This document shows positions 1-9,868 of a DNA stretch of 64,000 nt, one piece after another (position 1 is the stretch's first letter; each line of letters starts with the position of its first letter). The notes under the pieces were generated by a model that was not told where the DNA came from, did no database searches, and was given only the letters and a program-made list of their open reading frames with translations. Both the position numbers and the translations under genes were made by a program. Location: assembly GCA_047947115.1 (NCBI GenBank), contig CP170459.1, positions 3,104,001 to 3,168,000 on the forward strand, read 5' to 3'. The stretch is from Verrucomicrobiota bacterium. Lineage in GTDB: Bacteria; Verrucomicrobiota; Verrucomicrobiia; Limisphaerales; AAA164-E04.

Positions 1-511
1 AACAGGCGGAGATGATGTTCAGTCGTGGAGCCCCTTCCGTTAAACTGTAGTGCCTGGCCATATTTGGGGTCAACACGACCGTGTGCATGTTCGGCTGTTT
101 CGCCGCCCATTGATAGAGGCCCAAACGCCGCGCGTAATTGTGGTTGGTAAAGAGAACCGGTCGTTTCAAAAAGCGGGCTGCAAGGATGCCCACCAACAGA
201 GTGCCACGTGAGTGGGCGTGAATGATGTCGAACGGTTCCTTCTCCAACAGACGTTTCAAATCTCCATAGGCAGGTAATGCCTGGGCGAAAAGGTTGAAGT
301 GGTTGGTCGATTCGGCGACCACCGAGCGACTGTGCCGGTATTCCAGTGCGGGTTGTCGGGTTTCTTTGTAGCCTTCTTTCACCCAGACACAATGCTGCAT
401 TTCACCTTCGGGAGTGACCGATTGGAGGTTGCGCAATACGGATAGCACCCCGCCGGCGTCTTCATGATCACCGACCAGATGGAGGACTTTGCATGGGGTG
501 TTGGGTTGCAT
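1..511 (-). CDS. Glycosyltransferase family 4 (GT-B) protein, N-terminal part; runs off the window
   Basis: Manual translation from ATG at 511: MQPNTPCKVLHLVGDHEDAGGVLSVL...EPFDIIHAHSRG...RPVLFTNHN. The DIIHAH and VxTxH motifs fit the Glyco_transf_4 N-domain; frame open to position 1. Absent from the ORF track. Confidence 0.75.
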   Translation of the reverse strand, partial: MQPNTPCKVLHLVGDHEDAGGVLSVLRNLQSVTPEGEMQHCVWVKEGYKETRQPALEYRHSRSVVAESTNHFNLFAQALPAYGDLKRLLEKEPFDIIHAHSRGTLLVGILAARFLKRPVLFTNHNYARRLGLYQWAAKQPNMHTVVLTPNMARHYSLTEGAPRLNIISAC

Positions 512-596
512 TGGGGTTACTTTGCCCCAATCGATTCGGGTTGTGCAACAGCGAATGCTTGGGGTAGTTTTTGTTTGTTCCTGTTAGGATGATGAA

Positions 597-1670
597 ATGA
601 CTTTTTTGGACGTATATCGTAAATCGGCTGAGCTGATCGAAAACAAGATGCCCTTCGTGTTGGCGACCTTGGTGCGATCCATTGGCTCCACCCCTCAGAA
701 AACCGGCGCGCATGCCATTTTCGAGCCCACTGGCAAAGTCTTTGGGACACTCGGTGGAGGTTGCCTGGAAGCCGAGGCCAGGAAGCGTGCGCTGGATGCA
801 TTGGATGACGGGGTGCCCCGGTTGTTTCATGTCAAGCTTGACGATATCAGTGGTTGGGATGACGGGCTGATCTGTGGGGGACAGGCCACGATTTTGGTGC
901 AACCCAATCCTTCGAATGCTTTGCCAGCCTTGCAATCCTTGATCAAGGCTGCGGATCAGGGTGCCTTCGGTGCCCTGCAGACCACCATATCGAGAGGAGA
1001 ACAGATTCAATGCCAATCCAAATGGCTTCCCGAATCCTTTTCTCCGGATGATGAAGGAGAACATTTATCAGAAGCAATCCAGAGTTTACTTCGAAAGGAG
1101 ACAGCCGCGTTGCTGGGGGATCCTGGCAGAGATGATGAAGCACTGCATTTTATCGAGCCATATATCCCTCAGCCGGAATTACTGATTGCGGGGGCAGGGC
1201 ACGTGGGTAAAGCCGTGGCGCAATTGGCGTCGATGATGGGGTTCCGGGTGACGGTAGTAGACGATCGAGCCGAATTTGCCAGCCTTGAGAACATTCCCTG
1301 GGCGGATCAGGTGATCTGTGACGACATCCCCGGGACCATCAAAAAGCATCCAATCAAGCATCGCACATATGTCGTGATCGTTACACGCGGACATCAACAT
1401 GATGGGGCCTCCCTCGCTGCATGTGTTCGTCAGCCTGCGGCGTTCATAGGCATGATCGGGAGTCGACGCAAGAGTCTGTTGATCCGGAAAAGTCTCCTCG
1501 AAAAGAAGCTTGCCTCTCAGGATGAAGTGGACCGGGTGATCTGTCCGATCGGACTGGATATCGGTTCGGTCACGGTGAATGAAATTGCCCTGAGCATCGT
1601 ATCGCAAATGGTAACCCACCGCCGCAAGGGCAAGGTGGACGCGGGAGCCATGACTTTCTCCAGATCATGA
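597..1670 (+). CDS. XdhC/CoxI-family molybdenum cofactor insertion chaperone
   Basis: GSTPQKTGA, GTLGGGCLE, GLICGG, GAGHVG, VTRGHQHD, IGMIGSRRK, PIGLDIG...EIALSI motifs. Confidence 0.9.
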   Translation: MTFLDVYRKSAELIENKMPFVLATLVRSIGSTPQKTGAHAIFEPTGKVFGTLGGGCLEAEARKRALDALDDGVPRLFHVKLDDISGWDDGLICGGQATILVQPNPSNALPALQSLIKAADQGAFGALQTTISRGEQIQCQSKWLPESFSPDDEGEHLSEAIQSLLRKETAALLGDPGRDDEALHFIEPYIPQPELLIAGAGHVGKAVAQLASMMGFRVTVVDDRAEFASLENIPWADQVICDDIPGTIKKHPIKHRTYVVIVTRGHQHDGASLAACVRQPAAFIGMIGSRRKSLLIRKSLLEKKLASQDEVDRVICPIGLDIGSVTVNEIALSIVSQMVTHRRKGKVDAGAMTFSRS

Positions 1671-2269
1671 TCACCGCGATCATTCTTGCTGCTGGTTCTG
1701 CCCGGCGCATGGGGCGGCAGAAACTATTGCTGCCCTATCGTGGAGCCACTCTCATTGAACATATCGTCGGGGAAGTGTTGCAGAGTGGCGTGGGGGCGTG
1801 TCTGGTGGTGACCGGTTGTGACAGCGAGTGCGTAGGCCCTTTGGTGTCGGTGAAAGGCGCTCGCCAGGTGCACAATCCGCATCACCTGACAGGAGGGATG
1901 CTTTCATCCGTGCGTCAAGGTTTGACAGAGGCTTCGGATGCGACCACGGCGTTTATGGTGTTTCTTGGCGATCAACCCGGCATATCCTCAGGATTCATCC
2001 GGGTATTCCTGGACTTTGTCGAATCACATTCAACCAGGATATGTGTTCCGATGTTCCAGGGGAAACGTGGGCATCCATTGTATTTTAAATCGGACTACAA
2101 AGCCGACGTGATGCAACGCTATGATGACATTGGGCTCAAAGGTCTTCTTAGAGACCACGAACAGGATGTTACCCAATGGTCATGTGAGGACCCGAACATC
2201 CTGGTGGATCTTGACACTCCCGAAGATTACACCAAATGGATGTCGAAGCATTCAAATTTAGGACAGTAA
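1667..2269 (+). CDS. MocA-like molybdenum cofactor cytidylyltransferase (NTP_transf_3)
   Basis: ILAAGSARRMGRQKLLLP, GMLSS, LGDQP, RGHP, DLDTPEDY; ATGA overlap with the XdhC gene. Confidence 0.88.
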   Translation: MITAIILAAGSARRMGRQKLLLPYRGATLIEHIVGEVLQSGVGACLVVTGCDSECVGPLVSVKGARQVHNPHHLTGGMLSSVRQGLTEASDATTAFMVFLGDQPGISSGFIRVFLDFVESHSTRICVPMFQGKRGHPLYFKSDYKADVMQRYDDIGLKGLLRDHEQDVTQWSCEDPNILVDLDTPEDYTKWMSKHSNLGQ

Positions 2270-2285
2270 ACAGTGAATAGAGAAT

Positions 2286-3362
2286 TTATTCGGGCCACTG
2301 GCCATTTGTCATGGGTTTGGTTTTGAATTGGGCAGGGTCCATGACGACGTGTTTGATACGTTGGCGTTTCCAGGTGTAGGTGATGTGAACTTTGCCGTTG
2401 GGGGCCTGGATGACGGCCGGGTAGGAGTATTCGCCGGGATCTGTTTCGAGTTGGGCGAGGGCTTCCCAGTTTTTACCGTCCCGGGTGATGGCAACATTGA
2501 TCGGAGTGCGTCCTTTGGGGGTGTGGTTGTAAACCAGGAGGTGCCGTCCGTCTTGCAAGGTAACACCATCCGCCCCGGCACTTGGGTTGGGGAGCACGCT
2601 TGCTTTCATCGGAGACCATGTGATGCCTCCATCTGTTGACCAGCTTTCGGTCAGAACCTTTTGTCGGCTGCGGCAGAGGATTTGCAGACGGCCGTCTTTG
2701 TGTTGGAAGATGGTGGGCTGAATGGCTCCGAATTCCTTGCCGTCGTTCAATGCCTGGGTTTTGCTCCAGGAAATGCCCAGGTCACGGGTGTGTTCCATGT
2801 GCACACGCCAGCCATCGTGTTCCGAACTGGCCGGGCAGAGCAGGACTCCGTTGTCCAGCATCACCGGCTTGTTTTTAATGGGGCCAAGAATGCCGTCCGG
2901 CAGGCGGGTGGGTTTGCTCCAGGTTTTGCCCTGGTCATGGGATTCCATGCGCATGCCCCACCAGCTTGATGGACTCGGGCCGTCTTTGTAGAACAAGACC
3001 AGCGTGTCGCTTTTCGGATCCTGAAAGAGCACAGGGTTCCAGGTCGGATGTCGGGTGACGCCGTCTGGCTGCACTCCATTGGCCACCTCGACCGGTACGG
3101 TCCAGTCTCCATCGATGTGACGGGAAACCCATATGCCCACGTCCGGATGTTTCTCATGCGTGCCGCCAAACCAGGCGGCAACCAATTGCCCTCCCGATGA
3201 TTCGATCGTCGAAGCATGGCACTGGGGGAATGGGGCTTCGTTGTAAATCAGTTCGGCTTTGATGATGGATGGACTGTGGTGATATTGCGCCTGCACAGAG
3301 GTGCCGTTGAGTCCGAGAGTCACCGCTGCAAGGGCGGACCAGAGAGAAATTGTTCGATTCAT
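2286..3362 (-). CDS. Secreted BNR/Asp-box sialidase-like beta-propeller (BNR_2)
   Basis: Signal peptide; CHASTI, WFGG, Asp boxes SHDQGKTWS, TRDLGISWS, STDGGITWS; YSYPAVIQ. Alternative GTG start at 3386. Confidence 0.85.
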   Translation of the reverse strand: MNRTISLWSALAAVTLGLNGTSVQAQYHHSPSIIKAELIYNEAPFPQCHASTIESSGGQLVAAWFGGTHEKHPDVGIWVSRHIDGDWTVPVEVANGVQPDGVTRHPTWNPVLFQDPKSDTLVLFYKDGPSPSSWWGMRMESHDQGKTWSKPTRLPDGILGPIKNKPVMLDNGVLLCPASSEHDGWRVHMEHTRDLGISWSKTQALNDGKEFGAIQPTIFQHKDGRLQILCRSRQKVLTESWSTDGGITWSPMKASVLPNPSAGADGVTLQDGRHLLVYNHTPKGRTPINVAITRDGKNWEALAQLETDPGEYSYPAVIQAPNGKVHITYTWKRQRIKHVVMDPAQFKTKPMTNGQWPE

Positions 3363-3382
3363 GATGGTGCTTTGATTCAAAT

Positions 3383-4609
3383 TCACATGCCTTTATTGGC
3401 TCTCCAAAACAGGACACACCCCACCGCCTGGAAGAGGAAATTGGGAAACCACATAATCAGATGAGGGGCCCATTCTCCATGGTTTTCCAGAGCATTGGCC
3501 AGCACCACGAATCCGTAGTAAACGGCGACCAGCATCAATGCGATGGCGATTCCGATACTGGTTTCACGGCGATGGGCCCGTATGCCAAGTGGAATGCCGA
3601 TGAGTGTAAAGGCAAAGCAGGCGTATGAGAAGGCAATTTGACGGTGCATTTGCACTTTGACAGGGGTGATGGGATCAAAGGGTTTGCGGACGTTGGCTGC
3701 CAGTTCGGTGCGCATGTTCTCAACGTCGAAAGAAGGGAGAGCCCGCAGGTCGTCAGCCAGTTCTTGCCGTTCCTTCATTTCCTGCTGAAGTTGGCGAAAG
3801 CTCATGTGGTGTAGCTTGGGTTTGCGAAAGACGGTGGAATCTCGGTCAATGGTGAATACGGAGGGCGAGTATTCCGACATTTTTGTGAGGAACCAATTGG
3901 ATTCATCTAATTCGCTTTTGCCGGGCTCAAAATCCTTACTGTCACTTAAGTTACGCTGAAAGACAGTGCAATTGGTCATGGAGAGAAAAAGTTGGTTGTT
4001 TGATTCGTTGGCTTCAAGTGTTCCTCCTTCAGCTAGAATATCATACACAGGTATGTCCTTCTCGAATTTGACGTATCGGATACCCCGTAACAAGACCATC
4101 TCGCCCACTTCCTTGCGTTCCTCAATTTGAATGAATTGGTCGGGGATGTCGGTCATAGGGACGCCAGGCTGCAGCAGATCCGTCAGTCTCCCCACATCCA
4201 CGGATCGAATCAACTGCTTATAGGTGGATCGGCAATAGGGCGCGATGTCCAGATTGATCCAGGCGCAGAGCATACTCATCAGCATGCTGAGCGCCAGGAC
4301 GGGGGCGGTGAGTGAAAAAAGGCTGATCCCACCCGAACGCATTGCGGTGAGCTCCTGGTCTGCGCTCAAACGTCCGAACAACAACAAAGTGGCGGTGAGC
4401 ATTCCCATCGGAAGCGCAAACACCAGCACAAACGGCACCAGCAGCAAAAAAGCTTTTCCGACCAGCAGGAAGGAGGCCTGGCCATTGACCAGCAGGGCCA
4501 GGATTTCCTTCATGATGTTTCCCAACAAGAGCACAAATGCGAAAACGGCCACGGTCATCACCGTGGTCGCCAGAATCTGTTTGGTCAGGTAAACGTAAAG
4601 GGTTCGCAT
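3383..4609 (-). CDS. LptF/LptG-family LPS export permease (LptF-like)
   Basis: MRTLYVYL, GRLSADQELTAMRSGGISL, GIPLGI, WFPN; 3+3 TM layout with a periplasmic domain. Confidence 0.88.
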   Translation of the reverse strand: MRTLYVYLTKQILATTVMTVAVFAFVLLLGNIMKEILALLVNGQASFLLVGKAFLLLVPFVLVFALPMGMLTATLLLFGRLSADQELTAMRSGGISLFSLTAPVLALSMLMSMLCAWINLDIAPYCRSTYKQLIRSVDVGRLTDLLQPGVPMTDIPDQFIQIEERKEVGEMVLLRGIRYVKFEKDIPVYDILAEGGTLEANESNNQLFLSMTNCTVFQRNLSDSKDFEPGKSELDESNWFLTKMSEYSPSVFTIDRDSTVFRKPKLHHMSFRQLQQEMKERQELADDLRALPSFDVENMRTELAANVRKPFDPITPVKVQMHRQIAFSYACFAFTLIGIPLGIRAHRRETSIGIAIALMLVAVYYGFVVLANALENHGEWAPHLIMWFPNFLFQAVGCVLFWRANKGM

Positions 4610-4748
4610 TGTTCAGGTGCTTTTTAATTCCGTCCAGATATCTATGTGCGCACAGCTTGCTGGCATACGGGCAAAAGATCAAATTGAAATCCCTTAATTC
4701 ACCGATTGCCAAAAGACGGTTTGGCAGGGCATGCTGTCCGGCAAAGAG

Positions 4749-5669
4749 ATGGATGCTCTCATTGATGATTTTCTGCAATACCTGCGACAAGAACGCGGCC
4801 AGTCGGAACGCACCCAGCAGACCTATGCGGGGGTGCTGAACCGCTTTGCCAAGTGGGCGGAGAGTCAGCAGGGGGTGGGTGATTGGGCCGCGGTCGATCT
4901 CGGGGTCTTGACGCATTTTCTCAAAAACGAACAGGTTCGCAAGGTGCCTGATCATACTGGGGGAACGAAGCGGTTGAGTGTGGAGACTGTTTATCTGGAA
5001 ATAGCAGCCTTGCGGGCTTTTTTCAATTTTTGCGAGCGGGAACATTATCTGGAAGCAAATCCCGCCGAGCACATCAGCTTGCCGCGCCGCTGGAAACGGT
5101 TGCCCAAGAGTCTGAGTTCCGATGAGATTGACCAATTGCTTCGTCCGGAAGAACCCTCCTCGCCGTCGAGGCTTTGTGATCAGGCGGTGCTTGAGCTGGC
5201 TTATGCGTCCGGGTTGCGTATTTCGGAATTGTGTGGATTGCGTCTGGAGCAGTTGCATCTGGATGCCGGTTTTGTTCAGGTGATTGGGAAAGGAAACAAG
5301 GAACGGGTTGTGCCGGTTGGGAGCACTGCGGTGGATGCTTTGAATCATTACCTGCAGTCGGGGCGTCCGGCTCTAGTCACCTCAAAAACCCCGGGTAATG
5401 TCTTCCTGACCCGACGCGGTACGGGTTTTGCCCGGGTGACGATGTGGCTGCGTATTCGAAATCGAGCGCGTCGGACGGGGATCGAACGAACATTGACGCC
5501 TCACATGTTGCGCCATAGTTTTGCGACGCATTTGTTGGACCATGGCGCGGATTTGCGGGTGATTCAGGAAATGCTCGGTCATGCGAGCATCGCGACTACT
5601 GAAATCTACACGCATGTGGCTCGTGAAAAATTGAAGGAAATACACCGGCAGTTCCATCCGAGGGCGTAG
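4749..5669 (+). CDS. xerD: Site-specific tyrosine recombinase XerD
   Basis: Catalytic motifs GLRISEL, GKGNKER, HMLRHSFATHLL, LGHASIATTEIYTH; C-terminal HPRA. Confidence 0.88.
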   Translation: MDALIDDFLQYLRQERGQSERTQQTYAGVLNRFAKWAESQQGVGDWAAVDLGVLTHFLKNEQVRKVPDHTGGTKRLSVETVYLEIAALRAFFNFCEREHYLEANPAEHISLPRRWKRLPKSLSSDEIDQLLRPEEPSSPSRLCDQAVLELAYASGLRISELCGLRLEQLHLDAGFVQVIGKGNKERVVPVGSTAVDALNHYLQSGRPALVTSKTPGNVFLTRRGTGFARVTMWLRIRNRARRTGIERTLTPHMLRHSFATHLLDHGADLRVIQEMLGHASIATTEIYTHVAREKLKEIHRQFHPRA

Positions 5670-5699
5670 GGGGGGGACGGTTCGTGGGATTGGGGTTAA

Positions 5700-5766
5700 G
5701 ATTAGGAATAAGCAATAAGCAATTAGGAATTAGGAATTAGGAATTAGGAATTAGGAATTAGGAATT
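5700..5766. repeat. Heptamer tandem repeat (AATTAGG)6 with degenerate flanking units
   Basis: Six perfect AATTAGG units at 5721-5762, preceded by GATTAGG, AATAAGC, AATAAGC. Confidence 0.95.
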
Positions 5767-5800
5767 TTGTGCCCGTGAAGTTGTGGTTTATTCTCGCATC

Positions 5801-7042
5801 ATGAAGAAGCAGCAGCAAAGCATCGTTGTCTCAGGACAAAGGAACCATACAGGGTTGCCTGTCCGCCGGGTCATGATGCTTGCAGGAGAGACCAGTGGTG
5901 ATGGCATGGCGGCTGGTTTGGTGGAGGCTTTGAAGAAACATACGGCGAATCAATTTGAATTGATCTGTTTTGGTGCCGGTGGAGAACGGATGAAGGCTGC
6001 TGGTGTTGAGATTCTGGAGGACATGACGCGCCACACGGTTTTTGGTCTGAGCGAAGTGGTTCGACATTACTTTGAGTTCAAAAAGATCTTTCAACGTCTG
6101 CTGGATGAAGTGTTTGAGCGGAAACCTGATCTGATTATTTTAACGGATTATGCCGGATTCAATCTTCGTTTTGCCAAGGCTGTTCGCAAACGATTAGCCC
6201 GATCAGGCGGCAGGAAAAACGATTTATCCTGGAATCCAAGGATCCTATATTACGTGTCTCCCCAGGTTTGGGCTTCCCGGGCATCACGCGTGTTTACCTT
6301 ATCCCAGTGTGTGGATTGCGTCCTGTCCTTGTTTCCCTTTGAAAAGCCCTGGTACGCCATGCGGGCGCCCTTGTTGAGAGTGGAGTTTGTGGGCGATCCA
6401 ATGGCGGACAAATACCGCAGTTTGTTCAAAGCAACCGAAGACACCACCGAACCTTTGCCGCAGCTTCTGTTGCTGCCTGGGAGTCGGCGTCAGGAATTAA
6501 GACGTCATGTTCCGATCATGGCGGAAGCAGTTGCGCGGATTCATCAGGCGCATCCCTGCCGAATGTTGATGGTGCTGTCCAATCAAGAGCAACTTGAACT
6601 TGCCCAATCACTTTTACCTGAGAAACACGGGATTCAAATGCAGATCGGCGGTCTTTCCGAAGCGTTGACCCACACGACTCTCACACTGGCCTGTTCCGGG
6701 ACGGTGACGCGTGAATGCGGCTATCATGGCGTGCCGACCATTGTCTTTTATCGATTGGCCTGGTTGACCTATTGGATTGCCAGACGCATCATCAAAGTGA
6801 AATACATCGCGATGCCCAACCTGTTGCTGGGGCGTTTGGTATATCCCGAATTGATCCAATCCGATGCAACTCCCCAACGCATTGCGGATAAAGCCCTCCA
6901 ATTTCTTGAGCATCCCAGGATCCGCCAGCAATCCAGGCACTCACTTGAGCGTTTGATGGATGCGATGGGCGAGCCGGGAGCGTTTGATCGGGCGGCGCGA
7001 ACGGTGATCGAATATTTGCCTGACGAAAAACACCTTCCGTAG
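5801..7042 (+). CDS. lpxB: Lipid-A-disaccharide synthase
   Basis: AGETSGD, DYAGFNLR, YYVSPQVWASR, LFPFE, LLPGSRRQE, SGT, MPNLL, PELIQ. Confidence 0.9.
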   Translation: MKKQQQSIVVSGQRNHTGLPVRRVMMLAGETSGDGMAAGLVEALKKHTANQFELICFGAGGERMKAAGVEILEDMTRHTVFGLSEVVRHYFEFKKIFQRLLDEVFERKPDLIILTDYAGFNLRFAKAVRKRLARSGGRKNDLSWNPRILYYVSPQVWASRASRVFTLSQCVDCVLSLFPFEKPWYAMRAPLLRVEFVGDPMADKYRSLFKATEDTTEPLPQLLLLPGSRRQELRRHVPIMAEAVARIHQAHPCRMLMVLSNQEQLELAQSLLPEKHGIQMQIGGLSEALTHTTLTLACSGTVTRECGYHGVPTIVFYRLAWLTYWIARRIIKVKYIAMPNLLLGRLVYPELIQSDATPQRIADKALQFLEHPRIRQQSRHSLERLMDAMGEPGAFDRAARTVIEYLPDEKHLP

Positions 7043-7060
7043 AAGAGTGACGAAAATGCG

Positions 7061-7921
7061 CTACCCTTTGTTTTGCGGATGTGCGCCTGTTAGCGAATGG
7101 CCGCACCGGTAGCAGAACTCGGCGCCGTCCTGGTGGGCTTCGGCCGAGCAGTTTCGACAGCTGCGTGTTGTGGTGGAGCGATCGCTGCGGGTCAGTTCGG
7201 CTGTTACAATACCCGTCGGGACAGCTATAATGGCATATCCAATGATCATGACCATGGCGGCAAGGGTTTTACCCAGAGGCGTCTGGGGAGCGATGTCTCC
7301 ATAACCGACCGTTGTCAAGGTCACCACTGCCCAATAGATGCTCATGGGGATGCTGGTGAAGCCGTGTTCCGCTCCTTCGATGATGTACATTAAAGATCCG
7401 ATGATCACCACCAAAACAATCACTGCGATGATGAAGACGGTGATTTTGGGGCGGCTGGCTCGCAGCGCTTTCATGATCACGCGTGACCCTTCCAGATATT
7501 GAATCAGTTTCAGGATTCGAAACACCCGCATGACGCGCAACATCCGTACGACGATGAGATATTCGGCATCGAGGATGAAAAAGCTGAGATACGTTGGCAG
7601 AATGGCCAGAAGGTCAACGATTCCGTAAAAGCTCCTAACGTAATACCATGGTTGACGAACCACCCAGATTCTCAGGAAATACTCCAGGGAAAAAGCGATG
7701 GTGAACACCCATTCGAGCGTGGTTAGAATGGGGCCGTATCGCTGCATGACCGACTCGATGCTGGCCAGCATCACGGAAGCCACGCTGAGAAGAATGCAGG
7801 CGATCAAACCCACATCGAATGCCTTTCCGGCCGGGGTATCCGCCTCAAAGATGATCAGACGAAACCATTCCTTGAGGGTTGGTTTTCGCGCGGAAAATAT
7901 GGGGTCGTCCTTGTCCATCAC
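7061..7921 (-). CDS. Voltage-gated-type potassium channel (Ion_trans) with C-terminal zinc ribbon
   Basis: Selectivity filter TLTTVGYGD; S4-like RMLRVMRVFRILK; CRNC...FCYRCG. Confidence 0.92.
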   Translation of the reverse strand: MMDKDDPIFSARKPTLKEWFRLIIFEADTPAGKAFDVGLIACILLSVASVMLASIESVMQRYGPILTTLEWVFTIAFSLEYFLRIWVVRQPWYYVRSFYGIVDLLAILPTYLSFFILDAEYLIVVRMLRVMRVFRILKLIQYLEGSRVIMKALRASRPKITVFIIAVIVLVVIIGSLMYIIEGAEHGFTSIPMSIYWAVVTLTTVGYGDIAPQTPLGKTLAAMVMIIGYAIIAVPTGIVTAELTRSDRSTTTRSCRNCSAEAHQDGAEFCYRCGHSLTGAHPQNKG

Positions 7922-7984
7922 CGCAAGTCTGGATCCGCATCAGGAAGCGGCCTGGAAGGCGGATGTACGACGTCCTGTCGAGAA

Positions 7985-8431
7985 CTAAAGCTGAATCAGA
8001 GCCAGCCCCAAAAGGGCAAAACCGATCGAAGTGCGTCGCAAGTAGGCGGTATTCACTTTGAAAGCCAATCCCGTTCGATGGGCCAACAGAGCCGCTATGA
8101 GGGTGCAGGCTCCGGCGATCCATAAACCGACTGTGGCAGTCCAGAGCATACCCGACGGGGAACCGTGGAGGAGGCTGGTTATCAGGGCCGGAGTCATGAG
8201 GGCTCCCAATAGGGATGTCCAGCTATCCAATTGACGCTTTGAAGCGAGCAGCAGACCGGCCAGGGCCGCGGTCAGGATATGATCCCAACCAGTAAAGAAA
8301 TGCACGACGCCGGAACCAAACGAGTTCACTTCACCGTGACCGGGGTGGGCCATCAGCAGGGTAGGAATCAAAAAAAGTGCTGCGAAGGTGAAAGCCTTCC
8401 CGCGTTGAGTGTGTTTTGGAGCGAAATTCAT
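7985..8431 (-). CDS. HupE/UreJ-family Ni/Co transporter-like protein (short)
   Basis: AHPGHG after a signal-like segment; HFFTGWDHIL resembles HPxxGxDH; hydrophobic segments. Confidence 0.7.
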   Translation of the reverse strand: MNFAPKHTQRGKAFTFAALFLIPTLLMAHPGHGEVNSFGSGVVHFFTGWDHILTAALAGLLLASKRQLDSWTSLLGALMTPALITSLLHGSPSGMLWTATVGLWIAGACTLIAALLAHRTGLAFKVNTAYLRRTSIGFALLGLALIQL

Positions 8432-8713
8432 GGTATATCGTCGTTTGCTGCACAAAGATTACATGAACTCCATCCCTTTTGGCAACTGGGATATTTTTCG
8501 ATTATGAACTGAATAAAGGGGGGACGAGTTTCACATCGCTCCATTTTTTTACATAAGACGCTGTGAGGTGAAAACAGGCGAACGAGGCGGAACGCGTCCC
8601 TGCGGTCCAAAGCATTGAAATGGTCCTGCCTTGTATGCTGCGTTCCTGGTGGCACCATGAGAATGTTTTTCGGTTGCCTATCACAGGGGCTTTTGGCGAT
8701 GATCGGTTGCATC

Positions 8714-9853
8714 ATGTCACGTATTCACTCATCAGTTGCGGCAGGACTCAGTCTCTTTTGCATATCTTTTCACGTGCAGGCAGCCGAACTTTCCCCACAA
8801 GCGGATCAATGGATTGAAACCATTCGCATGGTTGGCAAGGAAGGGCAGGGGAATGCCGAAGCCAAGGAGGCCATGCAACAGCTGATGGGTCAGTCAGTTG
8901 ATGCCGTGGTCCCTATTTTGAAAGGCATGCAGGGAAGCTCTCCTTTGGTCAAGAACTGGCTGAGATCAGCTGTTGAGACCATCGTGGATCGTTCCAGTCA
9001 GGATTCGATTCAGTTGCCATTGATGCCTTTGACTGATTTTCTTTTGGATGAATCGAACGATGCGCGTGCTCGGGCGATGGCATTTGAGTTGATTGAACAG
9101 CATGATCCGCATGCTGGTGAAATGCTGCTTCGGGGGATGCTGAATGATCCTTCCAATGATTTAAGGAGATTGGCGGTGCGGCAGTGGATTGATGCCGGCA
9201 CCAAGGCTTTGTCCGGCGAACCTGTTACTGCCAAGGTTGTTTTTCGTCAAGCGTTACAATATGCCAGGGATATCGAACAGATCAGATTGTTGGCCGATGA
9301 ACTGGAAAAAATGGATCAACCGGTCCATATCCCGCACTTATTGGGTTTTATTACCGATTGGCGCGTCATCGGGCCGTTTCATAATCTGGATCGAACAGGT
9401 TTCGATACAGTGTTTCCCCCTGAGAAGTCGCTGGATTTCAAGGCCACCTATCCGGGTAAATCGGGAGATGTCTCCTGGAGTGTGCTGGAGAGCGAAGACC
9501 GGTTCGGGATGGTGGACGTGAACAAGGCTTACCCTGGGTTGCTCAAGGAAGTCACTGCTTACGCACATCACGCATTCTATTCAGATACGGACAGGACGGC
9601 TCAATTGCGCCTAGGTACCAAAAATGCCTGGAAGGTCTGGTTCAATGGTGAACTGTTGTTCGGGCGCGACGAATACCATCGCATGGCAAAAGTGGATCAG
9701 TATATCCTGGACGTTCAGTTGAAAGCCGGGAAAAACGACATCCTGATCAAGCTATGCCAGAACGAGCAGCTCGAAAACTGGACGGTTGAATGGGAATTCC
9801 AACTACGCGTCAGTGACGAAACAGGCAAAGCCATCCACTCGTTGGCGAGGTGA
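8714..9853 (+). CDS. Secreted hypothetical protein, HEAT-like N-terminus plus beta-sandwich C-terminal domain
   Basis: Signal peptide (…HVQA-AE); helical repeats (LNDPSNDLRRLAV); WRVIGPF, KVWFNG, LKAGKNDILIK. Confidence 0.65.
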   Translation: MSRIHSSVAAGLSLFCISFHVQAAELSPQADQWIETIRMVGKEGQGNAEAKEAMQQLMGQSVDAVVPILKGMQGSSPLVKNWLRSAVETIVDRSSQDSIQLPLMPLTDFLLDESNDARARAMAFELIEQHDPHAGEMLLRGMLNDPSNDLRRLAVRQWIDAGTKALSGEPVTAKVVFRQALQYARDIEQIRLLADELEKMDQPVHIPHLLGFITDWRVIGPFHNLDRTGFDTVFPPEKSLDFKATYPGKSGDVSWSVLESEDRFGMVDVNKAYPGLLKEVTAYAHHAFYSDTDRTAQLRLGTKNAWKVWFNGELLFGRDEYHRMAKVDQYILDVQLKAGKNDILIKLCQNEQLENWTVEWEFQLRVSDETGKAIHSLAR

Positions 9854-9868
9854 AACCGCTAGGCGAGA

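Noticed and set aside
4218..5348. 376-aa minus-strand ORF
   Set aside because: Antisense shadow of xerD that also overlaps the LptF-like gene out of frame; no recognisable motifs.
4749..5669. Tyrosine recombinase as a phage or island integrase
   Set aside because: Length and motifs fit housekeeping XerD; no att site, tRNA or mobile cargo nearby, and I saw no dif site.
5700..5766. CRISPR array or telomere-like repeat
   Set aside because: Contiguous 7-mers without spacers, no cas genes, and an internal position.
8432..8713. Cobalamin riboswitch upstream of the HupE/UreJ gene
   Set aside because: No B12-box or other conserved elements recognisable by eye.
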